From contig DUTP01000005.1 of assembly GCA_012842045.1 (NCBI GenBank), positions 11,332 to 75,331 of the forward strand: a DNA stretch of 64,000 nt, in the 5' to 3' direction. The first letter of the stretch is position 1. Each line of letters begins with the position of its first letter. Of this stretch, positions 19,953-28,579 are shown one piece after another. The position numbers and the translations under genes are program-made. Source of the stretch: Candidatus Dojkabacteria bacterium. GTDB lineage: Bacteria; Patescibacteriota; Dojkabacteria; SC72. The notes below the pieces were generated by a model. The model was given only the letters and a program-made list of their open reading frames with translations. It had not been told where the DNA came from and did not search any database.

Positions 19953-20231
19953 TTATTTAAATCCGATGAAATTATCTAGTACGAACTTCACAATGATGGG
20001 GGCTATAAACACAAGGACTAACCCTACCAAAGCAAAAACCAATGTTTTTGTAGCTTCTTTTACCTTATCTTCATCTCCTCGAGAGAAAATATACTTAAAG
20101 CCTGCAATAATTACTGCTATGACTACAAGTATTACAGATGCTGAAGTCGCAAAGTTTACAACATACTTGATAAACTCTGCTATATCATCAAAACCAGCTC
20201 GAGTTATTCCGTCGATAAAGAAAGATTCCAT
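19953..20231 (-). CDS. TrbC/VirB2-like pilin
   Basis: AGFKYIFSRGDEDKVKEA...FALVGL. Confidence 0.8.
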   Translation of the reverse strand: MESFFIDGITRAGFDDIAEFIKYVVNFATSASVILVVIAVIIAGFKYIFSRGDEDKVKEATKTLVFALVGLVLVFIAPIIVKFVLDNFIGFK

Positions 20232-20250
20232 ATGTTAACCTTTTACTTAA

Positions 20251-20622
20251 TTAGCTTTTCGGTCCTAAGAAGTTCTTAATAACAAAGTTGACCAGAATTA
20301 CAGCGATAAAACATACAACTAGACCAACGATTGCCCATGTAAGAGTCTTTGTTGCTTTTTGAACTTTCTCCTCATTGCCACTAGCTGTGATATATGAATA
20401 ACCTGCGAAAATCAACATAACTACACATACCAAAGCTGCAATACCGATAGCCCAGTTAATCAAATTTCTAACAAATTGCATCAAATCTCGCTCACCTGTT
20501 GTATGTATATCGTCTATATAGCTCAATGCATCATCTGCTCCTGTTTGTGCAAATGTAGCAGAGGCCAGGTAAAGAGATGAACCAATAGAACTGATTCCTG
20601 CGATTGCTTTTGATAACTTCAT
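20251..20622 (-). CDS. TrbC/VirB2-like pilin with signal peptide
   Basis: ASATFA cleavage-like site; AGYSYITASGNEEKVQKA...WAIVGL. Confidence 0.82.
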   Translation of the reverse strand: MKLSKAIAGISSIGSSLYLASATFAQTGADDALSYIDDIHTTGERDLMQFVRNLINWAIGIAALVCVVMLIFAGYSYITASGNEEKVQKATKTLTWAIVGLVVCFIAVILVNFVIKNFLGPKS

Positions 20623-20689
20623 ACTTAAATGTTTATTAATATATTATATATTGCCTGATTATATCCAAGCACAAAGTAAAAATCAACTT

Positions 20690-21013
20690 TTAAAAACTTC
20701 CTTTTTCTTTTAAAGTATCGATAACAAGCTCCACTATAACTCTTGCAAGGAATACTATTATCATTCCAATAATGGCTGCTACTAGTACATTTCGACCTTT
20801 CTCCACCTTCTCTGGGTTGCCAGCAGACGTAATAAATGTATAGCCCCCATAGACTATCATTATTACTGCGACTAAACCAGAGAGAACTATTGCCCAGTTC
20901 AAAAATGGTACAACCTTAGCACTTACAACATCATCAACACTACTACCAGGTAGCTTAATCAACCATTTGCTACTACTAAATAGAGACCCTGTATCTATTC
21001 CTCCTTCACCCAT
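20690..21013 (-). CDS. TrbC/VirB2-like pilin
   Basis: GGYTFITSAGNPEKVEKG...AAIIGM. Confidence 0.8.
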   Translation of the reverse strand: MGEGGIDTGSLFSSSKWLIKLPGSSVDDVVSAKVVPFLNWAIVLSGLVAVIMIVYGGYTFITSAGNPEKVEKGRNVLVAAIIGMIIVFLARVIVELVIDTLKEKGSF

Positions 21014-21366
21014 TATCGAAATGCATCTAAATCTAAAGTATCACTCAATAGTAAAAGTATACCAACAGACATTAAAACTACAAGTAGGCCAATAATTGCA
21101 TTTGTTATCACAGACTTAGCCTCCTGCAACTTCTCCGGGTTTCCTTGACTAGAAACCATCATGTATCCTCCATAAGAGAGTAATATTAACGCTGCAATTA
21201 TGGCTACTGGCATAGCAACCGCAACAATTCTTTGAACAAGAGTTTCCTCTGAATCTATTGACCCAACATCATCCACTAACAACTTCACATTATCTTCTAA
21301 TCCTAACCTCTGAGCATATACCTTCTGTACAAAGAAAAGATTTATTTTATCAAAAAATCTATCCAT
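21013..21366 (-). CDS. TrbC/VirB2-like pilin
   Basis: QKVYA leader; GGYMMVSSQGNPEKLQEA...NAIIGL. Confidence 0.8.
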   Translation of the reverse strand: MDRFFDKINLFFVQKVYAQRLGLEDNVKLLVDDVGSIDSEETLVQRIVAVAMPVAIIAALILLSYGGYMMVSSQGNPEKLQEAKSVITNAIIGLLVVLMSVGILLLLSDTLDLDAFR

Positions 21367-21377
21367 ACTTAATTATA

Positions 21378-24300
21378 CTACAAATCTGCATACTGACAAA
21401 TAGTATTGAAATCACAGAACCTACAACCAAAGCTAGGAGTAGCTGTAAACTCCCCTTTCTGTATCTTTTCAAGAACATCTAAAACACTTTCTTTTGCGAG
21501 CTCTCTTTTAGCTTGAGAAACATCTACCTCCGCCACATTACCACTTTCTACAAACACATACTTAGCCCCAACAACCTTCAACCCTAGCTTCTCTTCTGCT
21601 ACTAATGCATAGAGAGGAAGCTGTAAGTCCTTCTTTATATCAGCATCTGTTTTATCAGCCCCTGTCTTGTAGTCCACGATACAAACCTCTTTAATACCAT
21701 CCTGTTCTTGAACTAAATCTATCCTATCTATTTTCCCACTAAAGACTACTTCACCTAAATGAATAGCAAAGGACTCTTCTAACAGGAAAGGATTTTCATC
21801 TTCTGAGAACACCTTATCATAATATCTTTCCATTATTTCCTCACCTTCTCTCTTCCTAGCATTCTCCTGTTCTCTACTATCATACCCTTTACTTATCCAA
21901 TTCTTTTCATAGAAAGATAGTAAATCTTCCTTAGTCGGAGTATCTACTATTCCTCCCAAACCTTCCTTCGATTTTTTAAGTAAGGAGTAGAAATCATCTA
22001 AAGTATTATGTACACTACTTCCAAATGCAGTTGCTGGCGTACCTCTGGTAGGTATTCTAATCACATATGCATATTCATATTTCCGAGGACAACCTTCGTA
22101 TGTATTAAGTTGTGAATAGCTAAACCTTTTTACAAGATTTTTACTGTCTTCAATTAAAACATCTTGTTCTTGTCCTTTTTTCATATTTCTTAAACTAGTT
22201 ACATCATCCATCATATCATCTTCCTCTATCTTAGTAGTAAAATCTTCATCAACACTCCTATCTAAAACCTCCTGCAAGAAAATACTTGGCTTCTTTCTTC
22301 TCTTAGCTTCTCCATAGTATTGTGCTGCTGTAAAATATACCCTTTCTTTCGCTCTAGTAGCACCAACATAGAAAAGTCTTCTCTCCTCTTGCAAGTTTGA
22401 CTCTGCCTCACTAATATCTCTTAATATTGTTTCTTTAACTAATGTATCAGGAATTGGGAGAGCATCTTTCCTTGACCTACTAGGGAATCTATCAGAAACT
22501 AAATTTACTAAAAAGACAACTGGAAACTCCAACCCTTTTGCAGAGTGAACCGTCAAGATATTTACAGCATCTAACTCCTCCATACCAATCTGATCTACAA
22601 GTGGGGATTCTCCTGTTTGTATACTGTAATTTAGAAATTCTACATACTCATATATATTGCTATCTGGATTATCTTTTTCATAGTTCTTTACTAATTCAAA
22701 GAACTTATTAATATTACCTATTGCAAAAAGATTTTCAGATGTGTCCTCTTCTAAGAACTCATTTATATATCCACTTTCCATAACGAAGTCGTAAAGAATA
22801 TCTACAAGAGATTTTTGTTCCTTAATTTTCTTAGCACTTACATCTAGTAAAAGAAGCAAAGAAGAAACACCTGCAATAGCTTCTGGTGAAAGAACCTTAT
22901 CAATGATATTACTATCTATATTCTTAAAGTCCTGTTTTTCATCACTCCCTATTTTCACCTTCCATTCACTCTCAAGAAACTCCAACATTGACATTTTTTC
23001 TTCTTTAGCAAGCATTATTAACTCCATATATTCTCTTGGTGTAAGATTCCAAGTCTTCATTGTTAATAATCCAAACATTGAGACTTCATCTTTGTAATCA
23101 ACTAACACTCTTAGGAAAGAAATGATATTTTTAATTTCTGGTCTAAAGTAAAGACCTCTAGCTCCACCTAATTTGTACCTAATTCCCTTGTTTCTTAATG
23201 TTTGAATGAAGCCATCAGCATGTGTATTAGCTCTAACCAATATCGCTATATCCGAGAACTTGTATTTAGCTTCCTTTGTGCCATCAAGAGAATCTAAAAG
23301 TGTTGATTGACCCTTCTCATCAAAGGTTTGACTACTTCTATCCTCAATACTACCTCTTAATTCAGAATATCCTGTTAATTTCAATATTTCTTCAGCAACC
23401 CTCTCTGCTTCATAGTTTTCATTATGAGAAACCATGAGGTTAACTGCATTACTGTCCTCTGCAAAAGCAGCTTTTGCTACCAACTTTTTGTTAATACCTT
23501 CTGTAACTTCAAGCCTGTTTGGATCGTTATGCTTAATTAATGTATGTGAAGCATCTAATATTTCCTGTCTTGATCGGTAGTTTTCAGTAAGCACAATTTC
23601 CTGAGCATCTGGATACTCTTCTTTAAACTGCAATATATTAGATATGGCAGCACCCCTAAATTTGTAAATAGATTGGTCATCATCACCTACAACTGTTAAA
23701 CATGGTGTAGAGTTTTTGTCCTCTTTCTCACCAACCCCTTTTTTAAGTATGTTTACAAGTACATTTTGAGTATAGTTAGTGTCCTGAAACTCATCTACTA
23801 GTATATATTTGAATCTCTTTCTATATTTCTCTAAAATACTCTTCTTCTCTCTAAACAGCTTTATTGTAAGTAGAATTAGGTCTCCAAAGTCTAATCTAGA
23901 ATTTTCAATTTTAAGGTCTGCATACTTTTTGTATGCTTGTGCTAATTCATTACTCTTTACATATTCTTCTTTTTCAACATCAGTATTGTGAGGTAATTGT
24001 TTAGCATATTCTATATATTCTTCTGGAGAGACATCTTCATTTTGTAGTTTACTTATATGGTCTAAGAAATCATTTATAAACTTGGTAGGATTGCCTTTAG
24101 GAAGGAGTGTTTTAAAACCTAAATCATAGATATGTCTTCTTGTGAAGATATATGATTGAGCTGCACTCATTAGAGAGTAATCGCCATCAATACCAATATT
24201 GTATCCATCTTCTCTTAAGATTCTGTCACAGAAAGAGTGAAAAGTAGAGATGACTGGTTCATCGTAACCATATTCCATTTCCTGATCTACCCTTATCTGC

Positions 24301-24497
24301 ATCTCTTCTGCTGCTTTTTCTGTAAAAGTTAGAGCTAGTATCTCAGATGGTTTAGCCCATTCATTTTTAATTATATGTAGTATTCTCTGTGTTATTACTG
24401 CTGTTTTACCTGTACCAGCTCCTGCGATTATGAGTAGATCTCCATCTTTGTATTCTACAGCCTTCTTTTGATTTTCATTTAATCTAATCTGTCCCAT
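21378..24497 (-). CDS. UvrD/Rep SF1 helicase fused to a C-terminal PD-(D/E)XK nuclease (AdnB/AddA-like)
   Basis: AGAGTGKT, VDEFQD, GDDDQSIYKFRGA, TVHSAKGLEF, EERRLFYVGATRA; then SYSQL..Y..CP, GKIDRID, DYKTG, QL..Y, C..C.....C. Confidence 0.93.
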   Translation of the reverse strand: MGQIRLNENQKKAVEYKDGDLLIIAGAGTGKTAVITQRILHIIKNEWAKPSEILALTFTEKAAEEMQIRVDQEMEYGYDEPVISTFHSFCDRILREDGYNIGIDGDYSLMSAAQSYIFTRRHIYDLGFKTLLPKGNPTKFINDFLDHISKLQNEDVSPEEYIEYAKQLPHNTDVEKEEYVKSNELAQAYKKYADLKIENSRLDFGDLILLTIKLFREKKSILEKYRKRFKYILVDEFQDTNYTQNVLVNILKKGVGEKEDKNSTPCLTVVGDDDQSIYKFRGAAISNILQFKEEYPDAQEIVLTENYRSRQEILDASHTLIKHNDPNRLEVTEGINKKLVAKAAFAEDSNAVNLMVSHNENYEAERVAEEILKLTGYSELRGSIEDRSSQTFDEKGQSTLLDSLDGTKEAKYKFSDIAILVRANTHADGFIQTLRNKGIRYKLGGARGLYFRPEIKNIISFLRVLVDYKDEVSMFGLLTMKTWNLTPREYMELIMLAKEEKMSMLEFLESEWKVKIGSDEKQDFKNIDSNIIDKVLSPEAIAGVSSLLLLLDVSAKKIKEQKSLVDILYDFVMESGYINEFLEEDTSENLFAIGNINKFFELVKNYEKDNPDSNIYEYVEFLNYSIQTGESPLVDQIGMEELDAVNILTVHSAKGLEFPVVFLVNLVSDRFPSRSRKDALPIPDTLVKETILRDISEAESNLQEERRLFYVGATRAKERVYFTAAQYYGEAKRRKKPSIFLQEVLDRSVDEDFTTKIEEDDMMDDVTSLRNMKKGQEQDVLIEDSKNLVKRFSYSQLNTYEGCPRKYEYAYVIRIPTRGTPATAFGSSVHNTLDDFYSLLKKSKEGLGGIVDTPTKEDLLSFYEKNWISKGYDSREQENARKREGEEIMERYYDKVFSEDENPFLLEESFAIHLGEVVFSGKIDRIDLVQEQDGIKEVCIVDYKTGADKTDADIKKDLQLPLYALVAEEKLGLKVVGAKYVFVESGNVAEVDVSQAKRELAKESVLDVLEKIQKGEFTATPSFGCRFCDFNTICQYADL

Positions 24498-24637
24498 TAT
24501 TTCAGGTTGAATAATAATATTATTAGATAAATGGTTACACCTATTATTATTGCAATTGCTAATATTGTTAGGATTTTGGGGTTGGGGAGAGTATCTACTA
24601 TTTTTTGGAGTTTGTTTTTTTCTACTTTCTTACTCAT
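24497..24637 (-). CDS. Small single-TM protein (46 aa), not in ORF track
   Basis: MSKKVEKNKLQKIVDTLPNPKILTILAIAIIIGVTIYLIILLFNLK; its stop overlaps the helicase start (TAATG). Confidence 0.7.
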   Translation of the reverse strand: MSKKVEKNKLQKIVDTLPNPKILTILAIAIIIGVTIYLIILLFNLK

Positions 24638-24664
24638 ATTCTCGCATGATACTTAATTTAGATA

Positions 24665-25393
24665 TTAAAGCTCTGTTCCTCCCCACTCGATAACTGTAAA
24701 GCCTTTTCGAGTAAATGGTTTAAATGTTTGTTTTTCTATATCTATCTTCTGATTTAAAGGTTTGAAAACCATGAAGACCCTTAATACAGAATCTGGCTGA
24801 GGATCAATCTCAAGTGGAACTCTACTATCATACTCTTCCTCTGTCGCAAAATGGATTAAGTTATATTCATTCCCAATCATTTTAGGCAGCCAATATACTA
24901 TAAATTCATTATATTCCTTTTCATTCAAACCCATCTCTTCCAACTGCTGTTGCAAGAACTGCATTGTATCTGAACCTTTAACAACAAAACCTGTACTTAA
25001 ATCATATTCGGCAGAACGACCAGAAGGAGCCTCCCAGAAGAGATAACTGTACTCTCTTCCATCTTCAATATTAGTTAATATACCATCTGGTTTTGCAATA
25101 ACGTTCCATCCGTCTTTGTATTCTGGGTATGTTACTAAGAAGTTTGCTTTTGGAGTTACAGTAACTTTGACTATCATCTCTTCCTCTGGATAGAGATATA
25201 TTACCGGCTTAGCATCATATTCATCGCCAATATGCAAATCTCTGAGCTGTTGAACTAAGGATTTTTCCTTTTTTAAAAAGAAAAAGCATACTGCAATAAC
25301 TCCTAAAACACCCAATATTACGAATATTATCCATATTGGTATTTTTCTGTCCTTTACACTCTTCTTTTTTTTAGTCATATATATATTATTCAT
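24665..25393 (-). CDS. Conserved hypothetical membrane-anchored protein (KPVIYLYP family)
   Basis: TM, then KPVIYLYP, YSYLFWE, EFIVYWLP, RKGFTVIEWGG. Confidence 0.8.
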   Translation of the reverse strand: MNNIYMTKKKKSVKDRKIPIWIIFVILGVLGVIAVCFFFLKKEKSLVQQLRDLHIGDEYDAKPVIYLYPEEEMIVKVTVTPKANFLVTYPEYKDGWNVIAKPDGILTNIEDGREYSYLFWEAPSGRSAEYDLSTGFVVKGSDTMQFLQQQLEEMGLNEKEYNEFIVYWLPKMIGNEYNLIHFATEEEYDSRVPLEIDPQPDSVLRVFMVFKPLNQKIDIEKQTFKPFTRKGFTVIEWGGTEL

Positions 25394-25396
25394 AAA

Positions 25397-26266
25397 TTAA
25401 CTAGCTAATTCTTTTAATTTCTCAACCTCTGCTGGAATAGTTGCATTACTCTTTAAAGCAGGTGTTTCTAAAATGAAAGGAATGTTTTTAAATTTAGGTT
25501 CATGAAGAATATGTGATATTGTTTTTTCTCCTAACTTACCTTTACCTAAATTAGCATGCCTATCCTTGTTACTACCACACTCTACCATAGAGTCATTAAG
25601 GTGTATTGCTTTAACATTCTCTATACCCACCACCCTATCCATTTCTTCCACTACACCAGTCATATCATTCACCCAGTCATACCCACCTGCAAATGTATGT
25701 TGTGTATCAACTACAAAACCTACCCTCTGACTATCTTTCACCCCCTCCTTGATTAACTTTAATTCTGTAAAATTCCTTCCAAAGTTAGTTCCAGTACCAG
25801 CAGTTGTTTCAATTAGTAGCTTCTGTGTTCCTTTTACTTCATCTAAGACCCACTGCATTCCGTATGATATTCTTTCTAAACTATCTTCATATGACAATTC
25901 TTTTTGAGAACCAGGGTGAAAACATACTCCTAATACTTCACTATCTATCTTTCTTGCTTTAATACCTTTTGCTACCTTCTCTGCAAAATCTAGATATACT
26001 ACTAAACCCATTTTACCCAAATGGAACAACTTTTTATCTTCCCTTGCTAGATTGGTTAGATATATTCCATGCACCAACACCTTCTTTATACTAGACTTCT
26101 CTAATTCATCTAGAAAAGCAGTAATATCTTCATCAGGAATTAACTTAGTAGCCCACTTCATTGGTGTTGTAGGCATCATTTGAATACTATTTACTCCATA
26201 CTTTTCACCGTTCTTTATTGAATTTTCTATCCCACCAGAAGAGGATACATGAATGCCTAGATACAT
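25397..26266 (-). CDS. nfo: Endonuclease IV
   Basis: GIHVS, HPG, ETTAG, DTQH, HLNDS, DRH, LETP motifs. Confidence 0.95.
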   Translation of the reverse strand: MYLGIHVSSSGGIENSIKNGEKYGVNSIQMMPTTPMKWATKLIPDEDITAFLDELEKSSIKKVLVHGIYLTNLAREDKKLFHLGKMGLVVYLDFAEKVAKGIKARKIDSEVLGVCFHPGSQKELSYEDSLERISYGMQWVLDEVKGTQKLLIETTAGTGTNFGRNFTELKLIKEGVKDSQRVGFVVDTQHTFAGGYDWVNDMTGVVEEMDRVVGIENVKAIHLNDSMVECGSNKDRHANLGKGKLGEKTISHILHEPKFKNIPFILETPALKSNATIPAEVEKLKELAS

Positions 26267-26323
26267 ATTAATATTTTAGCACAATCACATATTTTAAAGT
26301 ATAATCTTAGAAAGGAAACTACA

Positions 26324-26962
26324 ATGGGATTATGGGACAAAGTAGAAAATATTTTCCCTGAAAGAGGGAAACAAGAACAACAAGATGTTGTTGAGGATAT
26401 AATAGTAGCAGAGAATATTCGCCCGAAGTCTGTATTGGCTCATATCGATGAAATTCCTTGGCCAATATTCTTTTCTGAAAGACTACCATTTTCAACGGTT
26501 TACGGATTTACAATTGAAGGGTGTGGCAATCCAGATGATTTCATTGCCCAATATCCTACAAAACCAGTACCAACAGAGCTAGAAATGGATAACTATGAGG
26601 ATTTGGATTTATTACTAAAGACATATCGAACAGACCTATTTTTCGCTTCGTCTGCTCTAGATTATGGCAATTGGTTACAAGGAAGAAATATGGCAATGAC
26701 ACTAGCTGATAATGAAGTTGACTGGATTCTTTTCATACATGATGTACTCATTAAAGATTCAAAATTAAAGTTAGGAAATATATCCGGATTTACAAGGTTC
26801 AGACAAGTCTTGAATGAACGAGGATATATGATAAAAGAATATACTAATCATCTAGATCCAATAGCTCTTCAGTACTATTTAGCAATTGCTCCAAAAAGAA
26901 TTGACCAACCAATTCTTGAAAGGGCAAGAAGCAATCGTATACTTACTCCCTCCTTTGCATAA
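26324..26962 (+). CDS. Hypothetical protein
   Basis: 212-aa ORF divergent from nfo; TATAAT upstream. Confidence 0.7.
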   Translation: MGLWDKVENIFPERGKQEQQDVVEDIIVAENIRPKSVLAHIDEIPWPIFFSERLPFSTVYGFTIEGCGNPDDFIAQYPTKPVPTELEMDNYEDLDLLLKTYRTDLFFASSALDYGNWLQGRNMAMTLADNEVDWILFIHDVLIKDSKLKLGNISGFTRFRQVLNERGYMIKEYTNHLDPIALQYYLAIAPKRIDQPILERARSNRILTPSFA

Positions 26963-27155
26963 TTTCCCAAAAGAAATTCTTTAGTAAAAAGCGATGTACA
27001 ACTAATATAACTCCATGTATATACATACATAGTACTCTACCTCACATACGAAAAAGAAAGATATGTTGCAACTCAAAGAATCTTCTCCAACCAGACTGAT
27101 TGGGCTAATAGCATGGAATAAAAAACCAATATAAAGTATAATTACTAGTTATTAT

Positions 27156-27244
27156 GGAGAGGTGCCTGAGTGGTCGAAAGGAACTCACTGCTAACGAGTC
27201 GTAGGTCTTAAAGCCTACCGAGGGTTCGAATCCCTCCCTCTCCG
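27156..27244 (+). tRNA. tRNA-Ser (GCT)
   Basis: GGAGAGG...CCTCTCC-G; anticodon loop CT-GCT-AA; long variable arm GTAGGT/GCCTAC. Confidence 0.93.
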
Positions 27245-27292
27245 TGTTTCCAACTGCCTAACCAATCGTTTAAGATAAACTCAAACTTAAGA

Positions 27293-28027
27293 GTGATAGA
27301 AATTGGGAGTGGTGAGAAACCAGACAAAACACGAAAACTTAGTTACAAAGACGACAAATTCGTTGATATATGCTCCACCAGAGATGATTTATCAGGTGAT
27401 GTATTAGATATGAATACAAGAAGAAGAGAAAAACATCTTCTTAATTACAGATGGGAACACCTTAAACCAAATGAACTATGTATAGAAGCAGCACAAGAAT
27501 TCTGTCAAAATGTTACAGAAGATTTTCAATTAGAATTCCTACGTCTTTGCAATCCTGAAAATAGAATTATAGACTTCTCTGATGATACCATAGACTTTAT
27601 ACTAGAGAATGACTACCTTTTCCCTCAATTCAATTTAATAACAGATAAAAAGAGAGGCAGAATATTACAGAAATTAGGTTTTGAAAATCAGCGAATAAGA
27701 GACTCTGTAGTATTAATTTTAGAGCTGCCAGAAATCTTAATTACTAAACCAAAAGAAGATGAAGACATCCCAAAGGAGATAATAGACTTCAAAGAAAAAA
27801 GGGGAAAGGGATGGAGTCATCTACAGAAAACCCTAATACAATCAATCTGGAAAAACATAAGAAAACATCATGAGAATGGAGAAGTTACATTCCAAAGATT
27901 AAACTCCAAAAAAGAACACGAGCCAAGAAAATACTACTATATTTGGAAAATATGGGAAAAACTATACAACACAAATGAAGAAAAGCTCAACGAGGCTACT
28001 CCAAACAACAATCAACAGCTTTCCTAA
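27293..28027 (+). CDS. Hypothetical protein
   Basis: 244-aa ORF with no recognised motif; start uncertain. Confidence 0.65.
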   Translation: MIEIGSGEKPDKTRKLSYKDDKFVDICSTRDDLSGDVLDMNTRRREKHLLNYRWEHLKPNELCIEAAQEFCQNVTEDFQLEFLRLCNPENRIIDFSDDTIDFILENDYLFPQFNLITDKKRGRILQKLGFENQRIRDSVVLILELPEILITKPKEDEDIPKEIIDFKEKRGKGWSHLQKTLIQSIWKNIRKHHENGEVTFQRLNSKKEHEPRKYYYIWKIWEKLYNTNEEKLNEATPNNNQQLS

Positions 28028-28098
28028 CAACATCCCCTATCTTTCCCCAAAAATTATTTTTCTTTGTTTTCTTCTCTTTCTTCTTTGTCTTTCCCATA

Positions 28099-28551
28099 TT
28101 ATGCCTTCTTTACATCCTCTAACTTAATCACACCCATATTCAATGCCCAAAACAAAGAATACAAGTTATATGCTTTCTCAAATACTTCTTCTGCTTCTTT
28201 CTTCTTTCCTCTACCCAAACACTTTGTACCATACTCCATTAATCTGTAACTTGCTGCTAACAAATGCTTAGAAATACACCAAACCTCCCCATCATACTGT
28301 TTAATTATCTTCTTCAAAAGCTCCTTTCTCATCTCTCTAATCTCAGCAAGAAGGTCATAATATTGAGAATCTCCTGTCTTACCTCCACTAAAGAACAGAT
28401 GTTCTTCAATAGAGATAAGGTTCATAATTGCAATCGACAAGTCTTGATCTGCTGAAAGGTCTAACTTCTGATCCTTCTTCAAAGCATCATACTTTTCAAC
28501 TAACTCATTAACATCTTGCATTTCAACATCTTTTTTCTTTGACATAATCAA
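28099..28551 (-). CDS. Conserved hypothetical helical protein (EEH ... WCxxKH motif)
   Basis: DLSADQDLSIAIMNLISIEEHLFFSG, EVWCISKHLLAASYRLME; directly downstream of the Trx-membrane fusion. Confidence 0.8.
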   Translation of the reverse strand: MIMSKKKDVEMQDVNELVEKYDALKKDQKLDLSADQDLSIAIMNLISIEEHLFFSGGKTGDSQYYDLLAEIREMRKELLKKIIKQYDGEVWCISKHLLAASYRLMEYGTKCLGRGKKKEAEEVFEKAYNLYSLFWALNMGVIKLEDVKKA

Positions 28552-28579
28552 AAAACATTATCTTAACTAAACTTATCGT

